From Xanthomonas campestris pv. campestris str. ATCC 33913 (GTDB lineage Bacteria > Pseudomonadota > Gammaproteobacteria > Xanthomonadales > Xanthomonadaceae): DNA of 32,000 nucleotides. The stretch's first letter is position 1. Each line of letters opens with the position of its first letter. The stretch is from the NCBI RefSeq assembly GCF_000007145.1, contig NC_003902.1, forward strand, positions 637,436-669,435. Reading direction: 5' to 3'. A program made the translations under genes and the position numbers. The notes beneath the pieces are model-generated. The model was not told the origin of the DNA, made no database searches, and was given only the letters and a program-made list of their open reading frames with translations. Below are positions 1-8,038 of this stretch, in pieces.

Positions 1-1
1 T

Positions 2-2110
2 AGCTTGCGGGCATTGCGCATGGCGCTGGTTGATCATAAAGGCAGCGTCCAGCGTTTCGATTCAACACTGCCGAACCCTAACCGCACACCGCCACTGTGG
101 CTGAGCGGTCTTAGTGCTGGCCCGCTGCAGCTGCGCCAGAATCCGCAGCAGGGTCAGCTAAACGTCGAGTTCAACCCATGGTTCAACAGCATCATCGGTG
201 GACGTGGCACTGGTAAGTCGTCGTTGGTGGAACTGCTGAGAATCGTGCTTCGTCGAGATGGCGATCTGGCAGGCGAGCGTAGTGGTCCACTAGCGCAGAT
301 CCATGATGTCTTCAGGAATTTCGCGCTTGCCAATGACAAGGACGGCCGTGGCGCCCTGCGTTCCGATACCAAGATCCAGGTCAAACTGAATAAGGATGGG
401 CAAGCGATGGCCGTGGCATGGGACAAGCGTTCCGGCCTGACAACGATCGAAGAACATACTGGTAGCGACTGGTCGCCGGTACCGGAACAAATTGATGACG
501 ACTATGTGCGCAATCGCTTCCCGGTGACGGTACTGAGCCAGAAGCAGATCTATGCGCTTGCTGAACAGCGCGGCTACCTACTCGAGTTGCTCGACCGGCA
601 ACCGCAGGTTGACAAAGCACAATGGCAGCGTCGATTCGACGCGATGCGCCAACGCTTCCTTGGCCTTCGTGCACAAGCGCGGCAACTGGCGCCCGACTTG
701 AGCCAGCGGCCTGCGCTTGAAGCCGAACTGCGTGACACCGAGCGCAAGCTCAAAGCGCTGGAACTGTCGCACCATGCAAGCAGCTTGCAGGCCTATCAGC
801 GTGCGCGGCGCCAACTGAGCGCGCAGCAGAACCTGCTCGCGCAGTGGCAGAGCGACCTCGAAAGCATGCGACCAGTGGTTGAGGATTCCGACCTGTTTCG
901 GCGCATCGAGTTCGAAGGATTCGATCAGGCCACTGGCGATGAAGCCGAGTTCATAGGATTGGTCGAGCAGGTTGAGTCGGAGCTACGCGGCCACTACGAG
1001 CAGATTCGGACTGCCGTGTCGCAGATCGAGGCTACCCTGGCGACGACACCTGCCCGTTTCGCCGCCTTACGCTTGCAGGTTGCGATTACGCAAGCGCAGG
1101 CCGACTATCAGGCGCTGCTGGAGAGACTGAAGTCTCAGGGAGTGGAATCGCCCGATCAATACGCGGCACTGGTCGCCCGGAGGGACGAACTGCAGAAGGA
1201 GCTAAAGCGTCTGGATGCAGGTCTTCATGAACAGGCAGGCTACATACAGCAAGCAGAGCAGGTGCTTGAGGAATTGACGCAGCTGCGCCATGAGATTAGC
1301 GAAAGCCGGAAAGATTTCATCACAGAGATCAACCAGCGGGCAGGGAATAGAATTCGTCTGAGTCTGTCGCGTTTCGGTACGCCGGAAATTGCCGAAACTC
1401 GCTTCCGTGAGTTGATCAAACAACCCACAGCGTTCGCCGAGGATATCTACGAAGTGCTGGAGGGCGGCGCCAGACGCGGTGTGCTGCACCGGTTGTTCAG
1501 CGCATCTGTCGCGGACTTCGAGAACGAGCTCTCTGCTTTGAAGAAAGAGATCCTACGCATGCGGCAGGAACCTGCCAAGCATGAGGACCTGCTCGGCGAA
1601 AAAGTTAACAAACGACTACGAACGCACATCGAAACCAGACTTGGTGAGCTGGAGATTGATGAATTGCTGACGTGGTTTCCGGATGACGGTCTCGATCTTA
1701 TGTTCACGCAGAGCGGAAAATCGCGATCAGTGGACGGAGCTTCCGCAGGCCAGAAAAGCGCTGCTGTGTTGTCTCTACTGCTGGCGTTTGGCGGAGAGCC
1801 GTTGATCGTGGATCAGCCTGAAGACGATCTGGACAACGCAATGGTGATGGATCTGGTCGTCAGCCAGATACGCGCCAACAAGACGCATCGGCAGTTGATC
1901 GTTGTTACCCATAATCCAAATGTGGTGGTCAACGGGGACGCTGAATGGGTAATACCAATGCATTTCCATAAAGGTCAAATCGATGTGGATGCGACTGGCT
2001 TGGGTGCAGTATCTGAACTTGGCACCCGCAAGGCGATCTGCACGATCATGGAAGGCGGTGAAAACGCGCTACGCATGCGTTACAAGAAGATCTTGGAAAA
2101 TATCGCATAG
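2..2110 (+). CDS. SMC/RecF-like ABC-type ATPase with long coiled-coil insert (possibly 5'-partial; ORF is open to the window edge)
   Basis: Walker A GGRGTGKSS about 65 aa into the visible ORF. Q-loop-like VLSQKQ. About 350 aa of heptad-like E/Q/R/L-rich sequence. Signature-like ASAGQKSAA, Walker B/D-loop LIVDQPEDDLD and H-loop VVTHNPNVVVNGDAEW near the C-terminus. No in-frame stop between nt 2 and the listed TTG at 5. GC about 50-57% in counted 60-nt lines versus about 65% in neighbours. Confidence 0.8.
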   Translation, partial: SLRALRMALVDHKGSVQRFDSTLPNPNRTPPLWLSGLSAGPLQLRQNPQQGQLNVEFNPWFNSIIGGRGTGKSSLVELLRIVLRRDGDLAGERSGPLAQIHDVFRNFALANDKDGRGALRSDTKIQVKLNKDGQAMAVAWDKRSGLTTIEEHTGSDWSPVPEQIDDDYVRNRFPVTVLSQKQIYALAEQRGYLLELLDRQPQVDKAQWQRRFDAMRQRFLGLRAQARQLAPDLSQRPALEAELRDTERKLKALELSHHASSLQAYQRARRQLSAQQNLLAQWQSDLESMRPVVEDSDLFRRIEFEGFDQATGDEAEFIGLVEQVESELRGHYEQIRTAVSQIEATLATTPARFAALRLQVAITQAQADYQALLERLKSQGVESPDQYAALVARRDELQKELKRLDAGLHEQAGYIQQAEQVLEELTQLRHEISESRKDFITEINQRAGNRIRLSLSRFGTPEIAETRFRELIKQPTAFAEDIYEVLEGGARRGVLHRLFSASVADFENELSALKKEILRMRQEPAKHEDLLGEKVNKRLRTHIETRLGELEIDELLTWFPDDGLDLMFTQSGKSRSVDGASAGQKSAAVLSLLLAFGGEPLIVDQPEDDLDNAMVMDLVVSQIRANKTHRQLIVVTHNPNVVVNGDAEWVIPMHFHKGQIDVDATGLGAVSELGTRKAICTIMEGGENALRMRYKKILENIA

Positions 2111-2147
2111 AAGTTTCAACCTGCACGTAATTCTAAAGAGAACACCG

Positions 2148-3034
2148 ATGCGTCGTCTGACCGCTCAGGATTTCCACCCCGGTCTGCTTGCGCTGTACGA
2201 CGGGTACGTGCACGGCAAACTCAGTCGGCGCGATTTTCTCGATCGCGCCGCTGCGTTCGCGGTGGCCGGGTTGAGTGCGGCGGCGATCCTGGAATCGCTG
2301 AGCCCCAACTACGCGCTCGCCACGCAGGTGGAGTTCACCGACCCGGACATCGTGGCCGAGTACATCACCTATCCCTCGCCCAACGGCCATGGCCAGGTGC
2401 GCGGCTATCTGGTGCGTCCGGCCAAGGTCACCGGTGCGGTGCCCGGCGTGGTGGTGGCGCACGAAAACCGTGGTTTGAATCCGTATATCGAAGACGTGGC
2501 GCGGCGCGTGGCCAAAGCGGGTTTCGTCGCGTTGGCACCGGATGGCCTGAGTTCGGTCGGTGGGTATCCGGCAACGACGAAAAGGGGCGCGCGCTGCAGG
2601 CGCAGGTCGACCCGACCAAGCTGATGAACGACTTCTTCGCCGCAGTGGAATTTTTGATGAGCCGCGAACGCACCACCGGCAAGGTCGGCATCACCGGCTT
2701 CTGCTATGGCGGCGGCGTGGCTAATGCGGCGGCGGTGGCGTATCCCGAGCTTGCAGCGGCGGTGCCGTTCTATGGCCGTCAGCCCACCGATGCCGAGGTC
2801 GCCCGCATCCGCGCGCCCCTGCTGCTGCATTACGCCGCGCAAGACGAGCGCGTCAATGCCGGCTGGCCCGCGTATGAGGCCGCGCTCAAGGCGCAGCACA
2901 CCGTCTATCAGGCCTATGTGTATCCGGGCACCAATCACGGCTTTCATAACGATTCCACATCGCGTTACGACAAGGCGGCCGCGACGTTGGCCTGGGATCG
3001 CACCATCGAATGGTTTCGGCGACACCTGGTGTGA
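2148..3034 (+). pseudogene. Dienelactone hydrolase family protein with Tat-type signal, interrupted by a 1-nt deletion frameshift near 2569-2571
   Basis: Frame-0 part reads MRRLTAQDF...SRRDFLDRAAAFAVAGL...VVVAHENRGLNPYIEDVARRVAKAGFVALAPDGLSSVGGYP. Frame-2 reads straight on as GNDEKGRALQAQVDPTKLMNDFF...GFCYGG...NHGFHN. The two share g2570, so CCGGC appears where CCGGGC is expected. Nucleophile and His motifs are both present. Confidence 0.8.
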
Positions 3035-3180
3035 GTGGGTCGGTGCGGTCGTGGTGGTGTCGCCGCTTGCGCGCCATTGGCGCGCAAGCCTCAGTGCGCC
3101 CTGACGCTAGCCCTGGCCGGGGCGCGCAGCGGGGTCGGGATGATCGCGTGTGGCGAAGTGCTCGTGTTGGCTGTTGCAGC

Positions 3181-3219
3181 ACACAAAAGACCCCGCCTTT
3201 CGGCGGGGTCTTTTGTGTG
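3181..3219. terminator. Bidirectional rho-independent terminator between convergent genes
   Basis: acacaaaagaccccgcc-tttc-ggcggggtcttttgtgt: perfect 17-bp stem with A/T runs on both sides. Lies between the dienelactone hydrolase (+) and the effector gene (-). Confidence 0.85.
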
Positions 3220-3273
3220 CACACCACTACTGCGCAGGCGGGTGCTGGCAGCCCATTGCCGTTGTTTGCAATG

Positions 3274-5388
3274 TCAGGGCGAACCCGCTGTGCGCAGTGT
3301 TGCGTCATCGCTGAGTGGGTACGGTTGCGTAATCGCTTCCGGTTCCGGGGAGGCGGTCTGTACCGCGACCTCGGCGGCCTCGTCCGGCTCGGTGACTTCG
3401 GAGATTTCGGTGATCGTGACGCTATTGCCGGGCTTGGTCTCCGCACCCGCTCCCGCGCCCTTAATCACTTGCAGGACGCTATCTTCAACTATCTGCGCGT
3501 ACTTCTGCGCCTGTTCCGGCGGCAGACTTGCCACATACTTCGCCGTGTCTTGTACGGTCTGGATCAGCTCTTCGGGCGAGGACGGCATGCAGGTTGCGAG
3601 CGGGGTCCCATCGGGTCCCTTGAACACCCGCATGACCTGACGCCCGCCCCAGTTCATCGCCAGTTCCGCGCCGCGCGCCATCGGGCCAGGCATCGTCATC
3701 GACATCAGCGACATGATCGCGCCAGCGTAGTAGGGCGATGCGGACGATGCTTCGATCAGACTCTTGTCTGCGAACGTCTTGGACAGTTTTTCCACACCCA
3801 GCGCCAGCGCCATGACCATGCTGCCGGAGCACATGGCCTTGAAGCGCTCCATCGTGTCCTGGCGGGTCGCGTGCTTGTTCAACGCCGACTGCATCATCAC
3901 GGTCGTCACCACGGCCGTGTCGGCCAGCAGGTCCACCGTGCCGATCCGATCCGGCTGGATCAGGTAGACGGTCAGCCCCGTCACGCCGGCAGCCAGCAAT
4001 GCCAATGCCAATTTGGAAGAGAAATCCTGGTTGGTCAGTTGGCGCGGGATGGTGGCTGGCTGGTCCTGGTCGACTTGCAGCGCAGTGCTCAGGCGCTTGG
4101 TGCACTGATCGAGCGTCTCCAGCAGATGCGTGCATTGCGCATTGAGCGTGCGGGTGAGTTCGTGCCCTGTGCCGGGTTCGGTGAAGTCTCGGCGCGCTTT
4201 TCGAAAAGCGTCGCGGCCAAGCTCCAGAGCGGCGCAGATCTCGTTGAGTTGCGTGCGCAGTTCCTGGCTGATCTGTCCGGGCGTCAGGCGCGCACGCAAC
4301 CGCTGAGCCTGCGTCTGAAGGCCGGCACGGTCCGCGATACCCGCGCCCAGGTGGGAGACGCCATGCTGCATTCGATTGCCGAGCGCGTTGAGGCTGTTCC
4401 AGAGAAAGGGCGTCAGCACCATCGCTGTGCAGGCCGTGGATGCGGCCGCGGCAAATCCCAGGTTGTTTTCCACCGCTTCGGCCTGCTGTCGCATGGACGG
4501 GTTGCCGAATTTCTTTGGCAGTTCGGTGGCGAGAAACAATCCGTTGAGCAGGATGGCGTAGAAATGCATTTCGTTGGCTTCGCGCCCCAGCTGACCGCCC
4601 ATCAGCGGGAACGGAAGCCCATCGGCGGTGGGGCGCAGCGCCGATGCCGATAGACTCATCACGCCCTTGGTTGCTGCAGCAATGGAATAGGCAAAAGTCT
4701 TGGCTTGGTTGGCGAGCAGCGGGCTGGGCACTACCAGGGGCCAGAGATTGACCAGATTGGCCAGCGACTTCAGCGCCCTCCCTGCTGCAGGTGTCCCATG
4801 CTCCAGCGGCTGCAGCGCATTTTCCACGGCTTCGGCGTCGTTGAGCAATTGCTGACAAAAGCGTGTTTCCAGACCGGTTGCAGATTCGATGGCGCCGCGT
4901 AGCTGCGTGATCTGCTGGCGGCACGCGGCCAGGCTGTGCGGCGCGACCTGTTCCGGATCGGTGTGGCGCACCATTTGCAGAAATGCGGGATCGTCTGCAT
5001 GCATCTGCAGCATGGTGCGCAGATCCGCCAGCGACCAGAGATCAGAAGCGGCCTTGGACACTGCAGCGGATGCATGCTGGACGCCGCTTGTCAGCGCGGA
5101 GTTCGCGCGCGCGGTAAGCGTTTTGGCAGTGGATAGAGCAGTCGCCCGTGCCGAGTGTGACGCCTGCGGTGCGGGCGAGGATGGCTCCACGGGCGACGTT
5201 GGCGCGGAACTGGCAGACGAAGTGCGTGAGCGGCTGCGCGGGACAAGTGCCGATAGCGCGGGGTTGACCGGGGGCTGTGTCGGCGATGCGGCAGGTTGCA
5301 GTTCCACGATACCTTCATCGTGCTTGCGTGCGTTCTGCAACTCGGCTGGCGAGGACGGGCCTGCCAACTGCGCTTTCTTGATCTCCAT
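3274..5388 (-). CDS. xopX: XopX-like type III effector candidate, paralog A (704 aa)
   Basis: Start placed at MEIKK (ATG 5388), preceded by GGAGAT at 5-nt spacing. The listed GTG at 5418 is not conserved in frame with copy B. S/P-rich N-terminus with no Sec signal. Very Met-rich C-terminal half (e.g. AIMSLMSMTMPGPMARGAELAMNW). From memory, XopX is a roughly 74-kDa Met-rich Xanthomonas effector; the name was not checked against a database. Confidence 0.6.
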   Translation of the reverse strand: MEIKKAQLAGPSSPAELQNARKHDEGIVELQPAASPTQPPVNPALSALVPRSRSRTSSASSAPTSPVEPSSPAPQASHSARATALSTAKTLTARANSALTSGVQHASAAVSKAASDLWSLADLRTMLQMHADDPAFLQMVRHTDPEQVAPHSLAACRQQITQLRGAIESATGLETRFCQQLLNDAEAVENALQPLEHGTPAAGRALKSLANLVNLWPLVVPSPLLANQAKTFAYSIAAATKGVMSLSASALRPTADGLPFPLMGGQLGREANEMHFYAILLNGLFLATELPKKFGNPSMRQQAEAVENNLGFAAAASTACTAMVLTPFLWNSLNALGNRMQHGVSHLGAGIADRAGLQTQAQRLRARLTPGQISQELRTQLNEICAALELGRDAFRKARRDFTEPGTGHELTRTLNAQCTHLLETLDQCTKRLSTALQVDQDQPATIPRQLTNQDFSSKLALALLAAGVTGLTVYLIQPDRIGTVDLLADTAVVTTVMMQSALNKHATRQDTMERFKAMCSGSMVMALALGVEKLSKTFADKSLIEASSASPYYAGAIMSLMSMTMPGPMARGAELAMNWGGRQVMRVFKGPDGTPLATCMPSSPEELIQTVQDTAKYVASLPPEQAQKYAQIVEDSVLQVIKGAGAGAETKPGNSVTITEISEVTEPDEAAEVAVQTASPEPEAITQPYPLSDDATLRTAGSP

Positions 5389-5411
5389 CGGATATCTCCG
5401 TTCGGTGGGGG

Positions 5412-5435
5412 ACACCAAATCGCGGTGTTTGGTGT
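5412..5435 (-). other. Conserved 5'-leader hairpin (8-bp stem, 8-nt loop) upstream of paralog A SD
   Basis: Minus strand ACACCAAA-CACCGCGA-TTTGGTGT, 24-47 nt upstream of the ATG. Identical in copy B. Confidence 0.5.
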
Positions 5436-5477
5436 TCTTTCATGATCCGCGCGCGAGCACCCGGCTCAACCAGATAT

Positions 5478-5501
5478 GCGAACTGCGCGCTGCCACCGGA
5501 A
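5478..5501 (-). promoter_or_regulatory. Homologous PIP-like element upstream of paralog A with 14-nt spacer (TTCCG-N14-TTCGC)
   Basis: Same half-sites as copy B but one nucleotide fewer in the spacer. GATCAT lies 30 nt downstream. Confidence 0.25.
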
Positions 5502-5761
5502 GTGCCCAACCAGGCGGTGACAACGGTAGCGACGCTCCAACGTAGTGATTCCGGTGCCGCCAGCTGCGCATGGATGGGCACGCTGTGATCCGATCACACA
5601 CCTGTAGCACAGCATCGAATGGGCTATTTTGAGGCGGATGCCACGTATTTATGTCGGGGTGTTGACATCATAGTGACCGACACGCATCCCGCGACATGCC
5701 GCGCGGCTGGTGCTACAGGCTTGGCCGCGATTGCCGGGACCGGACCTTCCGCGCGGGGCCC

Positions 5762-7735
5762 TCAGCCGGAGCGCGGCGGGTCCGCGCTCCCGGCCTCTGT
5801 TCGCGGGGCGGGTTGGCTGTCATCGATCTCGGTGATGGTGACGCTGCTGCTGGGCCCGGCCTGCGCCGCGTCGCCGGCTTCCTGGATCGCTTGCAGCATG
5901 GATTCCCCCGCGATCTGCTCGTACTGATCCAACTCTTCCGGTGTCAGGCTCATCAGATACGCCAACGTGGTCCGCGTTCTCTCCTGCAGTTCTTCGACAG
6001 AGGAGGGAGCACTGGTTGCCAGCGGAGTGCCCTCCGGTCCGGTGAACAGGCGCTTAAGTCTGCTTCCTGCGAAATTCATCGCCAACTCAGCGCCGCGTGC
6101 GATCGGGCCCGGCATCGTTACCGCCATCAGCGACATGACGGCGCCGGCATAGAACTGCGCATTGGGCGAGGACTCGATCAGGCTATTGTCGGCGAACGTC
6201 TTGGACAATTTCTCTGCGCCCAGCGCAAGCGCGATGACCATGCTGCCGCCGCACATGCCCTTGAAACGTTCCATTGCGTCCTGCCGGGTGGCTTGCTTGT
6301 TCCATACCGATTGCGCCATCACGGCCGTGACGATGCAGGTGTCGCTTAGCAGATTGATCGTGCCCAACCGATCCGGTTGGATAAGGTAGATCGTCGAGCC
6401 GGTCACCGCAGTGGCCAGTATCATCAGTGCCACCTTGGAGGAGACATCCTGGTTGCGTAGCTCACGCGGCAGACTCTGCGTCTGGTTGCCATCCAGATGC
6501 AGCACGCTGGCGAGTCGTTTGCTGCACATGTCCAAGGTTTCCAGCAGGTGTGTGCATTGTGCATTCACCGTCCTGGTGAGTTCCTGCCCTCCATCCTGAT
6601 GGACGAAGCTGCTGCGGGCCTGCCGGAAGGCGCTGCAGGCGGCGTCCAGTTGTTCGCGGATTTCCTGCAACTGCAAGCGCACCTCTTGATTGATCCGGGC
6701 AGGCGTCAGGCGGGCACGAAGTTGCTGCGCCTGGTTGTTCAGTCCCGCTGCCTGTGCTGCGGCCGCGCCCAGGCGCGCCGTGTTGTTCAGCATCGTGTTG
6801 CCGAGTTTGCTGAGGCTGCTCCACAGAAATGGGGTCAACATAATCGCCGTGAAGCTCACTGAAATGCCTGCGGCATATCCCACACTTTGGCTGACCGCCT
6901 CGGCGTTTTTGCGCAACGCCTGATCGCCGAATTTCTTTGGAAGTTCGGTGGTGAGGAACAGTGTGTTGATCAGCACGTTGTAGAGATGCATTTCGTTCGC
7001 GTCGCGCCCTAGCTGGCCTCCGGCGAATGGAAACGGCAAGCCGTCGGCGCTGGGTCGCAACGCCGAGGCCGACATCGCAAGCACGCCCTTAGTGGCCGTG
7101 GACATCGTGAAGGCGAAGGTTTTTGCTTGCTTGCCCATCAGCGGGCTGGGAACCACGACCGGCCAGAAATTGATAAGATTGATGATCGACTTCAATACAC
7201 GTGAGGTGGCCGGTGTGGCGTGGTCGAGCGGCTGCAGGGCGTTCATTACCTTCTTGATGTCGCCCAGCAACTGCTTACCCTGATGCGTTTCCAGCCCTTC
7301 TGTATTTTTGATCAGCTCGCCGAGCTCCTCCATTTGCTGTCTACAAGACGCCAAGGTGTGTTGCGTGGCGTGTTCCGGATCGCTGCCGCGCAGGATCTCC
7401 AGAAATGCGGGATCGTTTGCGTGCATCTGCAGCATCGTGCGCAGGTCGGAGAGCGACCACAGATCGGACGCGGCTCGCGATACAGCGGTGGATGCGTGAC
7501 GGACGCCGTTTGCCAGCGCGGACTTCGCGTGCGCGGCAATATTGGCTGCAGCGGATGTGCCAGACGAAGAGTTTGACCGGCTGAGCGGGACAAGTGCCGA
7601 TAGCGCCGGGTTGACCTGGGAGTATGTCGGTGATGCGGCAGGTTGCAGTTCCACGATACCTTCATCGCGCTCGCGTGCGTTCTGCAACTCGGTTTGCGAG
7701 GACGGGCCTGCCGACTGCGCTTTCTTGATCTCCAT
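5762..7735 (-). CDS. xopX: XopX-like type III effector candidate, paralog B (657 aa)
   Basis: Collinear with paralog A over its whole length, about 60-65% aa identity by eye. Same MEIKKAQ start with the same GGAGAT SD. The long N-terminal extension in the track (to 7957) runs through the conserved promoter region. An in-frame upstream ATG at 7789 exists only in this copy. Confidence 0.6.
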   Translation of the reverse strand: MEIKKAQSAGPSSQTELQNARERDEGIVELQPAASPTYSQVNPALSALVPLSRSNSSSGTSAAANIAAHAKSALANGVRHASTAVSRAASDLWSLSDLRTMLQMHANDPAFLEILRGSDPEHATQHTLASCRQQMEELGELIKNTEGLETHQGKQLLGDIKKVMNALQPLDHATPATSRVLKSIINLINFWPVVVPSPLMGKQAKTFAFTMSTATKGVLAMSASALRPSADGLPFPFAGGQLGRDANEMHLYNVLINTLFLTTELPKKFGDQALRKNAEAVSQSVGYAAGISVSFTAIMLTPFLWSSLSKLGNTMLNNTARLGAAAAQAAGLNNQAQQLRARLTPARINQEVRLQLQEIREQLDAACSAFRQARSSFVHQDGGQELTRTVNAQCTHLLETLDMCSKRLASVLHLDGNQTQSLPRELRNQDVSSKVALMILATAVTGSTIYLIQPDRLGTINLLSDTCIVTAVMAQSVWNKQATRQDAMERFKGMCGGSMVIALALGAEKLSKTFADNSLIESSPNAQFYAGAVMSLMAVTMPGPIARGAELAMNFAGSRLKRLFTGPEGTPLATSAPSSVEELQERTRTTLAYLMSLTPEELDQYEQIAGESMLQAIQEAGDAAQAGPSSSVTITEIDDSQPAPRTEAGSADPPRSG

Positions 7736-7757
7736 CGGATATCTCCGTTCGGTGGGG

Positions 7758-7781
7758 ACACCAAATCGCGGTGTTTGGTGT
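7758..7781 (-). other. Conserved 5'-leader hairpin upstream of paralog B SD
   Basis: Sequence identical to the copy A hairpin, at the same distance from SD and ATG. Confidence 0.5.
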
Positions 7782-7823
7782 TCTTTCATAATCCATGCGC
7801 GAGCACCCGGCTCAACTTGATAT

Positions 7824-7848
7824 GCGAACTGGCGCGCTGCCGCCGGAA
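7824..7848 (-). promoter_or_regulatory. Imperfect PIP (plant-inducible promoter)-like box TTCCG-N15-TTCGC upstream of paralog B
   Basis: Minus strand reads TTCCG (7848-7844), 15 nt, TTCGC (7828-7824), then GATTAT 30 nt downstream. The PIP consensus recalled is TTCGB-N15-TTCGB-N30-32-YANNRT. The first half-site deviates (C instead of G at position 4). Confidence 0.35.
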
Positions 7849-8008
7849 GTGCCCAACCAGGCGGTGACAACGGTAGCGATGCGTCAACGTAGTGATTCCT
7901 GTGCCGCCGGCTGCGCATGGATGGGCACGCTGTGATCCGATCAGAGGCGTGCAGCACAACATCGAATGGGCTGTTTTGAGGCGGGCATCACATATTTATG
8001 CCGGGATG

Positions 8009-8038
8009 TTGACACCGATGTCATCACAGCCCTAGCGT
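8009..8038 (+). promoter_or_regulatory. Candidate sigma70 promoter for the TonB-dependent receptor (TTGACA-N18-TAGCGT)
   Basis: Perfect -35 hexamer and a weak -10. About 130 nt upstream of the ATG at 8169. Confidence 0.3.

Larger units (their letters stand above)
3274..8014 (-). repeat. Head-to-tail tandem duplication: two units of about 2.3-2.4 kb, each an effector CDS plus about 290 bp upstream
   Basis: 5389-5680 aligns with 7736-8014 at roughly 90% nt identity by eye. The CDSs are considerably more diverged. Confidence 0.85.

Noticed and set aside
1983-2147. 5' extension of the hydrolase ORF overlapping the end of the ATPase gene.
   Set aside because: This is an out-of-frame overlap with a well-supported CDS. 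The Tat-type N-terminus starts naturally at ATG 2148.
3066-3088. Perfect palindrome CTTGCGCGCCA-T-TGGCGCGCAAG downstream of the hydrolase gene.
   Set aside because: The palindrome is real in the sequence. However, it has a single-nucleotide centre, which makes it a poor hairpin. It has no T-run and nothing links it to a regulator, and a strong terminator follows 100 nt later. It cannot be interpreted further.
7736-7957. N-terminal extensions of the effector ORFs (to 7957 in copy B and to 5418 in copy A), and the conserved 'MKEHQTPRFGV' upstream ATG.
   Set aside because: The upstream ATG is in frame in copy B only, because a 1-nt indel puts it out of frame in copy A. It overlaps the proposed -10 hexamer. 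By contrast, MEIKK has a conserved GGAGAT SD in both copies.
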